From contig CAWBHS010000059.1 of assembly GCA_963788655.1 (NCBI GenBank), forward strand, positions 32,001-96,000: a stretch of 64,000 nt of DNA, given 5' to 3'. The translations under genes and the position numbers were made by a program. Below the pieces are notes generated by a model. The model made no database searches. It had not been told where the DNA came from and saw only the letters and a list, made by a program, of their open reading frames with translations. The DNA is from an uncultured Verrucomicrobiae bacterium (GTDB lineage Bacteria; Verrucomicrobiota; Verrucomicrobiia; Limisphaerales; JAFGQR01). Positions 29,776 to 38,667 of this stretch are shown here, piece after piece (the stretch's first letter is position 1; every line of letters begins with the position of its first letter).

Positions 29776-29899
29776 CTAACGCCGAGATGACCGACAGCTT
29801 TGGGAGCGCCAGCCTCGACTGGAATTATCGGTTTCAAGTTTCATGGTCGATGTCCGCTGCGAGGCGGGTGGGCTGTTCGGTCAATCGACATGGTTGGAC
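29774..29899 (-). other. attC site (R' core interrupted by intron)
   Basis: ctaac..gatgaccgacagc...gctgttcggtcaatc..gttggac. Confidence 0.8.
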
Positions 29900-30402
29900 A
29901 TTTCATTTGTCCAGTCACTCTACCAAGAATGTCCTCACGTGGTAAAGCGCCCCAGTAGCGGCTGTCCAGTGCGTTTGTCGTATTGTCGCCCAGCAGGAAA
30001 TATGAGCCTGCCGGCACCCGATACGGATACGTAATGGAAGGCGAATGACGGGGTGCGATGTAGTGAATGCCAGATAAACGCGCAGGCGGCTCTTGCCGTT
30101 GTCCATCTATGTAAATGGCGTCGTCACGAAATTCCAGTTGCTCGTTTGGCAGGGCGATGACCCGCATTACCCAGAAATCCTGAGCGACTTTTCCCGGCGC
30201 AGGTGTGGGATGAAACACGATGACATCCCAGCGGCTGGGCGCAGCCCTCTGGTAGGCTGCCATGTCAGCTACGACGACTTCATTTGGCTGGATCGTCGGT
30301 GACATGGAGGTACTGCTCTGCCGAAAGCTCGCGCTGCGAGTCCGAACATCAGACGAGAGCCGATAGCAACAGCAGAATCGATGGAAAATAGATGCGTGTC
30401 AT
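29841..30402 (-). CDS. Signal peptidase I (S26)-like protein (gene cassette, frameshifted ends)
   Basis: SMSPTI, RWDVIVF, VMRVIALP and YFLLGDNTTNALDSRYWG. Confidence 0.85.
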
Positions 30403-30404
30403 GT

Positions 30405-30497
30405 GTCCAACGCTCCGGCTCACCGACGCCGGGCCAATGATGTCCGATTGTCAACCGAGACGCGATCCCGGCGTTCGGTGCAGCCGGCTTGTTGGAC
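30405..30497 (-). other. attC site
   Basis: gtccaac..gctcaccgacgccggg...cccggcgttcggtgcagc..gttggac; near-identical to the attC at 33387. Confidence 0.92.
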
Positions 30498-30501
30498 GCC
30501 T

Positions 30502-30913
30502 TCATTTCGTCTTCAAGTCCTTCGGTTCCACAACTTTGATGACAACGAAATACCGGTAAAACTTCCAGCCAGCCTGCGGCCGGGTCACTTCCCTACCTTC
30601 CTCTTTGGCGGCCTGCTCGACCGCTGGCGGCGTACCGATCATCCTTCCCATCTCGTACCCGCGAAAAATGCAGCGCGCGTTTTTGGGCAAGGAATCCACA
30701 TTGTCCACTGCAATATCGACCGGGCTATCCAGCTTCTTGCCATTGAGCATATCCACGCGCAAGGTGCGTCCTGCGTCACTTCGGTCCTTCTACCCGGACA
30801 CCTTGAATGGTCAGGTACGTGCCCAGCGGATGGCCGAGCCTGCCAGCGGGAATGTCTTGGGCATTCGCGAGGCTGACGCCGAAGACCAGTAAGAATAGAA
30901 GTGCGGTCTTCAT
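30502..30913 (-). CDS. Secreted hypothetical protein (gene cassette, frameshift ~30775)
   Basis: MKTALLFLLVFGVSLANAQDIPAGRLGHPLGTYLTIQG joins ORF 30502-30762. Confidence 0.65.
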
Positions 30914-30922
30914 TGTTCTTTC

Positions 30923-31048
30923 GTCCAACGCTGCGCCTCACCTACTGCCGCCGGGGAGGCAGGTGGAGCGCAAACATAATAATGAAATTCTCCCAAGCTG
31001 CCGAGCGGAAAGCGCGGGCGGCGGTTAGGTGCAGGCGCCTGGTTCGGC
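30923..31048 (-). other. attC site
   Basis: gtccaac..cctcacctactgccgcc...ggcggcggttaggtgcagg..gttcggc. Confidence 0.88.
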
Positions 31049-31051
31049 ATT

Positions 31052-31414
31052 CTATTGCAGCAGCGCCTCATCGAAATGGAATGGGCAGTAGGCTGACCCC
31101 ACGAGCGCCAGCTCTGAACAACCAGCGCGCTTACAGCTCTCGGGTCCTCGGTCGTTTGAGCGAGGTGGCACGGCGTTCGACCTGATCTTCTGTGCGACCA
31201 GCCACTTCCTTAACTCCGCCAATATTCGGTGCTGGGCGTCTCTGGGAATCTCTGCACCCGACGCCCACGAACGGAGATCCAACGGAGCTACCAGCACATC
31301 GTATTCTGGTGAACCAGACATTTCCCAGTTGATGTCGGTAACATTCTGGCCATCACTGCAACGGATGCTCCCGGCCCGACCACGGGCATTCATTGTAAAG
31401 CTGTAGCTATTCAT
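31052..31414 (-). CDS. Hypothetical protein, possibly immunity-like (gene cassette)
   Basis: 120-aa ORF between att cores with C-terminal CxxxxC...CxxH; resembles the cassette 33496-33801 pattern. Confidence 0.65.
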   Translation of the reverse strand: MNSYSFTMNARGRAGSIRCSDGQNVTDINWEMSGSPEYDVLVAPLDLRSWASGAEIPRDAQHRILAELRKWLVAQKIRSNAVPPRSNDRGPESCKRAGCSELALVGSAYCPFHFDEALLQ

Positions 31415-31435
31415 TGGGCAGGCCTGCCAACTTTT

Positions 31436-31561
31436 GCCGAACGCCAAGCGTGAGCGACCGCCGCTGAGGAGCACGGTGGTAAGCAAACGGCCCGTCCGAA
31501 TTCCCGCCCGGCATCGAGCGGACAGGCGGGGCGGCGGTTCGTCTCCACGCGCTGGTTGGGC
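31436..31561 (-). other. attC site
   Basis: gccgaac..gcgtgagcgaccgccgc...gcggcggttcgtctccacgc..gttgggc. Confidence 0.85.
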
Positions 31562-31571
31562 GCTTTGCTCA

Positions 31572-32018
31572 TTTAAATGCTTGGATGTTCTCAGCCACGA
31601 ATCGATGCAAAATCGGTTCCAAGTCGAGATTGCTACAGTTCGTCATCGAGCTTATCGAGGGCTCCTCTTTGCTCCGGCGTCAGGTTTCTCCGATCGCCAT
31701 GTATTCATCCAAATCCTCCGGTGGCTCGCCGTTAGGAAACACTCTCATTGCTTCCTTAAGAATTTCGGCATGGCGAGTCGCGCCGACGCCAACCAATCCT
31801 GCATAAGCATCTTGGAGCGGGACTGCTGCCGCATTGCCGAACCATCCCGCAAGCCCATTAATGCTCACGTTACGACGGAAATCGTAAGCGCACCAAAAAT
31901 GAAACTCCGCATCGCTTTCAACACAAGGCATTGCGTCGAGAGCGTTCATTAATACAAGCAAAGCGCTATCGCTGTCCGGTTCCTGCAATATCTTGTCGAT
32001 GTCGTATGGTTTCGGCAT
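31572..32018 (-). pseudogene. DUF4375/DMP19-like protein (gene cassette, frameshifted 3' part)
   Basis: NVSINGLAGWFGN...AYAGLVGVGATRHAEILKEAMRVFP.G.PP pattern; acidic tail in a shifted frame. Confidence 0.65.
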
Positions 32019-32049
32019 CGGCCTTTCGCTTGTCCTTGAGTGCTGATCG

Positions 32050-32150
32050 CCCAACGCCGGACTGACTAATCGGCGATGGGCGAGCACGTCAGGAACCAAC
32101 TCGAGCCAGCAGTCAATTTCATGCTCGCGTAATGCTCCTGATTTTTGGCA
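32050..32150 (-). other. Degenerate attC site
   Basis: R' gcccaac matches the R'' at 31555; the distal half is poorly conserved. Confidence 0.5.
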
Positions 32151-32696
32151 TCATCCAGGGTGCATGCAATGCGCGGTTGCTCCCGTCTTGGTCGGCGATA
32201 TCCGGAGAGGCGCCAGCTTCCAACAGCGCTCGAACCATGTCCGCATGCCCCCTGTAGATGGCATGGCACAAAGCCGTCCCATGTCCAAAAACACAATCAC
32301 GTTTACTCCGGCGGCCAACGCCCGCTGCAAGAAGAGAGCAACCTTTCCGGTGCGCGCTGCCGAGCTACAGGTCCTTCTCTCCTGCAGGACCTTCTCAGCC
32401 TGCCGGCATGTGCCCCCCCTCGCTTGAGTAGCAAAACCATTTTCCTCATTACTTAAAGGTCTCGCGCAAAATCTCTAGGGTTCAACTTCGGCATTGGCGG
32501 GGTTGAGTTCAGCGCCCTCCTCGACGAGACACTCGACCGCTTCCGTATCGCGGCGCATAACAGCGTCCATCAGTGGCGTATGACCATCCGCATTCACAAG
32601 GTTCGGGTCGGCACCATCTGATATAGCTGCTTTAATATCGGCGACAACGCCTCGCCGCAATGCAGCGGCAAGTCGGCTTTAGCGGATTGGTTCATA
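32150..32696 (-). pseudogene. Ankyrin-repeat protein remnant (gene cassette)
   Basis: GADPNLVNADGHTPLMDAV...VECLVEEGAELN and a later GATALH fragment; multiple stops and frameshifts. Confidence 0.7.
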
Positions 32697-32752
32697 AAAG
32701 GCTATGGCTTGGTCGGATCTCTTGGAGTAACCTTTGATGCAGGCATATTAAT

Positions 32753-32843
32753 GCCCAACGCCAAGGACCGATGAGCGGCACCCAAACCGCCTGAATTTCA
32801 AACTGACGTGCTTGCCGCTCATTCGGTCACTGATTGGCTCGAC
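32753..32843 (-). other. attC site (R'' mutated gttcgac>gctcgac)
   Basis: gcccaac..ggaccgatgagcggca...tgccgctcattcggtc; paralog of the attC at 28592. Confidence 0.8.
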
Positions 32844-32844
32844 A

Positions 32845-33358
32845 TTTCGTCATTTTCTATTGCGATACCTGCTCCCAATTCCAACTCCCGACAACCAATC
32901 GCATCGTCTCGCCGTTGCACGTCACCACCACGGGCGGTCCGAGGCGGTAAAGGCCGTTCGCATGATCGTAATTCAAACCGATGCCAAGTCTGCGCCACGC
33001 TCGATCTCAAAAGGATAGCAGGCGTTGAGCGTCAGTGCCTCTAGGCCGACCGTAAAGTGTATTACAGTGGCAGAGAGCATCGTACCGCAGAAAGCATGGA
33101 GGCTCCAACATCACTGTGCCCTCGCGGGACTTGCCTGTGCTGCTGGAACCGTCCGACGCTGCCTCCGGCCCCTTGTTCCCATCGCAACTCTATCATACTT
33201 CGGCTGTTCGCGCTTCAATCTTCAGGTTTAGTACGCGACAGCCAGGGGCGTTTACGACTTCCACCACCGTAAGGCGAAATGAGTCCTCCGGGGGAGGTTG
33301 TGCGGCGTGTAAGCTGAAGGCAATGTGCAAGAATGCTGCAACTGGATATGATCTTCAT
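32845..33358 (-). pseudogene. Disrupted secreted hypothetical protein (gene cassette)
   Basis: Signal-peptide-like start MKIISSCSILA followed by broken frames between two attCs. Confidence 0.45.
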
Positions 33359-33386
33359 AGCTATAAATGCAATACGTAACGTGCTT

Positions 33387-33479
33387 GTCGAACGTCCCGG
33401 CTCACCGACGCCGGGCCAACGGTGTCCGATAGTCAACTGAGACGCGATCCCGGCGTTCGGTGCAGCCGGTTTGTTCGGC
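33387..33479 (-). other. attC site (first cassette)
   Basis: gtcgaac..gctcaccgacgccggg...cccggcgttcggtgcagc..gttcggc; R'' matches the attI core. Confidence 0.92.
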
Positions 33480-33495
33480 ATCCTGTTTGGTGCTG

Positions 33496-33801
33496 CTACT
33501 GGCATAGCTCGTAGGTGATGCCGAGGAAATCCAAGGAAGCCGTGATCCGCTTGACGATCTGCTCTCGCTCGTCGTCCCCAATCAACTGGCCCTCATGTGG
33601 CGAATCCCAGTGCTTCGGAAAATAGCGGCCAGTGGAAATGGCGCGGTTCACTCTCCCCAGAAGCATCTCCGCGTAGATGGCGATTTGCCTCGGTTGGCCG
33701 TCCGCGAGGTGTTCAATGTAAACCAGATCGTCACGTCCGCGAAACGTAACCTCGAAGCCATTCGTATTCACCGCGTGTGAGTTGCCCTTTCGCTTGAACA
33801 T
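33496..33801 (-). CDS. Imm74-like immunity protein (first cassette)
   Basis: GFEVTFRGRDDLVY...AEML...KHWDSPHEGQLIGDDEREQIVKRITASL resembles the Imm74 pattern as recalled. Confidence 0.6.
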   Translation of the reverse strand: MFKRKGNSHAVNTNGFEVTFRGRDDLVYIEHLADGQPRQIAIYAEMLLGRVNRAISTGRYFPKHWDSPHEGQLIGDDEREQIVKRITASLDFLGITYELCQ

Positions 33802-33820
33802 ACCGGTCTGTGCCTCATGT

Positions 33821-33925
33821 CGCCGAACGCTGTTTAGGCGTACCAACGGGTGAAATAACAGAATTAGGCAGAAAAAAGTTGCCTTTTACCGTGATAGGCA
33901 GAAAATTAGCATCCATAACAGAGCA
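33821..33925 (-). promoter_or_regulatory. attI site and intI/cassette promoter region
   Basis: Core gccgaac at 33822-33828 without an attC hairpin; direct repeats taggcagaaaa at 33865 and 33895; AT-rich; lies between intI and the first cassette. Confidence 0.75.
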
Positions 33926-33941
33926 AGGAAAGGACAAGCTG

Positions 33942-35027
33942 ATGACCATGTCAAATCAAAATGACGATAATGGGGAGAAATTTTCAGCCGCTTCCGGGGA
34001 TTCCCAGCGCCACCGTCCTACGGGCAAAGCGGCCCATGGCACGCCCCCGCCTTGGGTGCGCCGGCTGTTTGCCGCCCGGGGCCTGGTGCTGCAGGAGCGC
34101 CAGCTTTATTGGTATGGCGTTCATTGGGAACGGTAACGGAGGTATTTGGAATGGGTGGGGCGATTTCTGGCCTGGCGTGGGGCAGGGTCGCTGGCCGAAG
34201 TGGAGACGCTGGATATTCGGCGTTACCTGGAGACCCTGGCGGTGGAGCGAAGGGTGAGCGCCAGCACGCAAAACCAAGCCTTCAGCGCGCTGCTCTATTT
34301 TTTCGAACAAGGGTTGCACCGGCCCTTGGGGGACTTGAAAGGGACGCTACGGGCCGCCCCCAACCGGCGGCTGTTTGTGGTGCTCAGCCGGGAGGAAGTC
34401 ACGCGTTTGCTGGCGGCGCTGGCGGGGACTTTTAACCTGATGGCGCGACTGCTCTACGGTACGGGCATGCGACTGATGGAATGCTGCCGGCTGCGCGTCA
34501 AAGACATCGACTTCGAACGCGGGCAAATCGTGATCCACGAGGGCAAGGGAAACAAAGACCGGGTGGTGATGTTGCCACAGAAGCTGGCCAGTCCGCTCGA
34601 ACAACACTTGGCGCGGGTCAAGTTGTTGTTTGATGCGGATCGGCGGGCGGGCCTGCCTGGGGTTTATCTGCCGGGCGCGCTGGAGGCGAAATACCCCAAC
34701 GCGGGCAAGGAATGGATCTGGTACTGGGTGTTTCCCGCCAAAAACCTCAGTGTGGATCCGCGGAGCCAAGTGCGTCGCCGTCATCATGTCCATGAGAATG
34801 GATTGCAAAAGGCCGTTCAGAGTGCGAAACGCCTGGCAGGAATCCCCAAGCGGATTGGCTGTCATACCTTAAGGCATTGTTTTGCCACCCATTTGCTGGA
34901 GGCGGGAGCCGATATCCGAACCGTGCAAGAGTTGCTGGGGCATGAGAGCGTGGAAACCACGATGATTTATTTGCACCTGATGCAGAAACCGGGGTACGGC
35001 GTGCGCAGCCCGTTGGATCAGGAGTAG
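33942..35027 (+). CDS. intI: Integron integrase IntI-A (in-frame TAA at 34134-34136; catalytic part 34146-35027 intact)
   Basis: [18 protein letters not shown], the IntI-specific patch [23 protein letters not shown]...[14 protein letters not shown] and LLGH..VETTMIY. Confidence 0.92.
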
Positions 35028-35904
35028 CAAGAGCGCGGAATGGTGCGCCGGGCTTACGGAATGGCAACCGTTTCGGTTTATCCGGCGACGATGGGACGGC
35101 CAATTCCGAACGCCAATGGCCACCATTCACTTCCCCGATTAAGCCGAGCGGTTGGCTGCCGCCGACTTCCCCGAATGCCATAAATGCAGTTTCGCCATTA
35201 CCCTCCGCTGGCACCTCAACTTCTGCCGCCGGGGCCGGGGCGAGGTCACTCATGACTCGGCCCGCGACTTCATCGCCTGGGCCCAGGCCCACAAACAGCC
35301 CGAACCCTGGCAACTGGAAAGCTGGCGCGAGGCCATTCGCTGGTTTTTCCGCGCCGCCAAGGCCGCTCAGGATCGAGCCAGTTCGACGGCGTCGGCCCCC
35401 TCACCCCAGCCCTCTCCCCCGGTGGGGGCGAGGGAGCCGGAGGCTTCAGAAGCCACCCCAACTTCGGCGGTGCCCGCCTGGAAAACGGCCTTTCTGACCG
35501 TCCTCCGGCGCCGGCACTATTCGTATCGGACCGAGCAGAGTTACCTGGTTTGGCTGGAACGCTTTGCGCGGTTTTGCCAGACCGAAGACCTGGAACATCG
35601 GGGGACCGAGGACATCAAAGCGTTTCTGGATGCCCTGGCGCTGGACCAGCGATTGAGTGCCAGCAGTCAACGACAGGCGTTGAACGCAGTGGTGTTTTTG
35701 TTGCGCGAGGTCTTCGGCCAGGAACTGGGAGATTTTTCTGATTACCGTCGCTCGCGCTTGCGGCCGCGCGCCCGGACCTGGCTCACCCGCAACGAAATGG
35801 AAAAGCTGCTCGAGCAATTGGAGGGCGAAGGGGATTGGGCCTTGATGACGCGTGTGGCCTTCGGCGGGGGCTTGCGGCTGACGGAGTTGCTGCGCTTGCG
35901 GGTT

Positions 35905-36188
35905 CACCCCGTGAGATAACCGATCATGTCAACCTATTGCTACGTGTATGTTCTGCGTTCAGCCAAGGACGGTCAGTTTTACGTCGGCCTGACCAGAGAC
36001 CTACGAGCGCGGCTTCAAGCGCACAACCACGGACAGGTTCCCTCCACCAAAAGGCGCGCCCCGCTGGAACTGGTGTATTGGGAGGGTTGCCTCAACGAAG
36101 GCGATGCGGCCCAGCGCGAGAAATACCTGAAGAGCGCGTGGGGGAAGCGCTACATCAAGAATCGTTTGAAACAATATCTCACGGGGTA
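35905..36188 (+). mobile_element. 284-bp inverted-repeat-bounded insertion carrying a GIY-YIG gene
   Basis: Perfect 13-bp IR accccgtgagata (35906-18) / tatctcacggggt (36175-87); removal restores cgg gtt aag gac = RVKD. Confidence 0.9.
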
Positions 36189-36189
36189 A
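35926..36189 (+). CDS. Stand-alone GIY-YIG nuclease (UPF0213/SLX1-like)
   Basis: [26 protein letters not shown]...STK...PLELVYWE...A..RE..LK. Confidence 0.92.
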   Translation: MSTYCYVYVLRSAKDGQFYVGLTRDLRARLQAHNHGQVPSTKRRAPLELVYWEGCLNEGDAAQREKYLKSAWGKRYIKNRLKQYLTG

Positions 36190-36869
36190 AGGACGTGGAT
36201 TTGGAGCAGGAAATCACCACCGTGCGCGCGGGCAAAGGCGACCGGGATCGACTGGTGCCGCTGGCCCATGTAACGGTGGACGCGTTGCGGACGCACTTGG
36301 CGGTCATTCGTCAGCTTTACGAGGCGGACCGCCGCAAACAGGTGGCCGGGGTGTGGTTGCCCGAGAGCTTGGCCCGCAAATATCCCAATGCCGGCAAGGA
36401 ATGGCCGTGGTTCTGGCTCTGGCCCGATGACCATTTGAGCACCGATCCGCGCAGTGGACTGAAGCGGCGGCATCACCTCTCGGACCGGCTGTACCAGATG
36501 CGCATCAAGGAGGCAGCGCAGCAGGCGGGATTGAACAAGCGGGTGACGCCGCACGTGCTGCGGCATTCCTTTGCCTCCCAATTGCTGGACCGGGGCACCG
36601 ACATTCGAACGCTGCAAGAGTTGCTCGGGCACAAGAGCGTGGAAACCACGATGATTTACACCCACCCGATGCGCAAGCCGGGCCTGGGCGTGCGCAGCCC
36701 GCTGGATCAGGAGGAAGAGGGTTGAGGGTTGTTGGTTGAGCGTTGAGGGACCAGCCCGCCGATAAAGTGACAGCTTGAAACTCGACCGAGCGTTCGTTCG
36801 GACCGGACCATGCGCGCTTCGCCAGCGACGGTTCGATGGAAACTTCTGCCTGTGGGGCGATGGCGTGCG

Positions 36870-37216
36870 CCCTTTACGTGGAACGGGATGGCGCCTTTGT
36901 GCTCGATGTGGACGGCGCCGTCGAAAAGGCCCGGCTCAATGAGTTCCGCCAGAGCAATGTGGCCCTCCTGAAAGAGCGCGATGACCTCAAGCAGCGTTTC
37001 GCGGGGATTGACCCGGAGGAAGTCCGCAAGTTGGCCGAGGAAAAGCGTCAGTTGGAAGCCCAGCAATTGAAGGTCGGCGAGACCGAGAAAGTGATCGAAG
37101 GCCGGCTCAAGACGGTGAAGACGGATTTCGACCAGCAACTGGCCGCCCTAAGCCGTATCAATTCGATTCAACCACCAATGGACACGAATCAACACGAATG
37201 CAGACCGAAGCTTTGA
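36870..37216 (+). pseudogene. Fragment resembling a phage capsid scaffold/coiled-coil protein
   Basis: LYVERDGAFVLDVDGAVEKARLNEFRQSNVALLKE...FAGIDPEEVRKL; no good start, and truncated. Confidence 0.45.
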
Positions 37217-37325
37217 TCGCGGGCCGAATGAAAACGAATGGTCACCAAACAGTAACTCTCACCGTAATGCACCAAAAGCTCTGTTTTTCCAGCGATTCGT
37301 GTCGATTCGTGTGCATTCGTGGTTC
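37170..37325. repeat. Inverted pair of acacgaat-type repeats
   Basis: aaccaccaatggacacgaatcaacacgaat ... attcgtgtcgattcgtgtgcattcgtggtt. Confidence 0.75.
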
Positions 37326-37469
37326 TTTCCCACATAGATCCAGATCGGTTTGAAGCCAACTTGAGGAACGGGCGTAACCAGCTCCGCCATTGACCTTCGG
37401 TGGTGGTTTTCCTACTGTCTCCCCGAAAACGAAAACGAAACGACCTCCCGAAACGAGAAAGGAATCAAG

Positions 37470-38636
37470 ATGAACGAACAATCTTTTGGGGAAAATGTGG
37501 TGGAATGGCTCAAGGTTCACGGAGTTGGCCTCTTGGTGATTATCGTTGCCACGCTCATCATTCTCAAAATCGCGGCGGTGCTGAACCGCAAGTTGTTTGC
37601 GCTGCTGTTCAAAGGCCGCGAAGACCCGGAATCACAGAAACTGGCGCAGACCTCGGTGACCGTGGTTCACCGGATTCTGATGATCGTCATCATCGCGGTG
37701 GCCGTGGTTCTGATCCTCGGTCAAATCGGAGTGAATACCAGTCTGATCTACGGGATGGTGCTGGGCTGGTTCTTGAGCAATGGCCTGGGCATTGCGATTA
37801 TTGTAGGGCTCGCTTTCGTGGCCCTGAAAGCCATCAGCATTCTCTCGGATCGGCTGACCGCGCTATTACACCGCGACAAGGACGACTTGGAGGCGAAAAA
37901 AAGAGCCCATACCTTGAGCGCCATTATTCGCTGGATATTGCGCACCGCTATTTTGATCATCGCCGCCATCATGATCCTGGGCAATCTGGGTGTGCAAATC
38001 GGGCCCATCATTGCCGCCGCCGGGGTGGTCGGCTTGGCCGTGGGCTTTGGCGCGCAGAACCTCGTGCAAGATGTCATCAGCGGTTTCTTCATTTTGCTGG
38101 AAGACCAGGTGCGGGTGGGCGACGTGGTGCAACTCGATGGCCGGGGTGGATTGGTCGAGCGTATCACCTTGCGGATGATCGTTCTCCGCGACCTGGCGGG
38201 CAACGTCCACTACGTGCGCAACGGCAAGATCGATGTCATCACCAACATGACCAAGGAATACTCGCGTTACGTCTTCGACATCGGCGTCGCCTACCGCGAG
38301 GATACCGACGAAGTGGTGGAAGTAATCAAGCAAGTGGATGAAGATCTCCGCCAGGATCCCGCTTTCAAGAGCGACATTCTGCAACCGATCGAAATCCTGG
38401 GCGTGGACCAGTTCGCCGACTCGGCGGTCATCATCAAGGCCCGCACCACCACCAAGCCCATTCAGCAATGGCGCATCGGTCGGGAATTCAACCGACGGCT
38501 CAAGAAGAAATTCGACGAAGTGGGCATCGAAATTCCGTTCCCGCACGTCACGTTGTACCCGGGCAAAGAAAAGAGCGGCAGTTCGCCAACCCTCCGCCTC
38601 GAGATGCAGGATGGCGAGAAGCCAGCGGCTTCCTAA
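37470..38636 (+). CDS. mscS: Small-conductance mechanosensitive channel
   Basis: AAAGVVGLAVGFGAQNLVQDVISGFFILLEDQVRVGD and GIEIPFP. Confidence 0.95.
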   Translation: MNEQSFGENVVEWLKVHGVGLLVIIVATLIILKIAAVLNRKLFALLFKGREDPESQKLAQTSVTVVHRILMIVIIAVAVVLILGQIGVNTSLIYGMVLGWFLSNGLGIAIIVGLAFVALKAISILSDRLTALLHRDKDDLEAKKRAHTLSAIIRWILRTAILIIAAIMILGNLGVQIGPIIAAAGVVGLAVGFGAQNLVQDVISGFFILLEDQVRVGDVVQLDGRGGLVERITLRMIVLRDLAGNVHYVRNGKIDVITNMTKEYSRYVFDIGVAYREDTDEVVEVIKQVDEDLRQDPAFKSDILQPIEILGVDQFADSAVIIKARTTTKPIQQWRIGREFNRRLKKKFDEVGIEIPFPHVTLYPGKEKSGSSPTLRLEMQDGEKPAAS

Positions 38637-38667
38637 ACTGCAACCCAGTGTTGTGCGGTGCCGTTAC

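Larger units (their letters stand above)
35116..36725 (+). pseudogene. intI: Integron integrase IntI-B, long form, interrupted by GIY-YIG element (also TAA at 35140)
   Basis: RRRHYSYRTEQSY, SASSQRQALNA and [14 protein letters not shown] | KDVD...GKGDRDR...[16 protein letters not shown]...HVLRHSFA...TTMIY. Confidence 0.9.
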
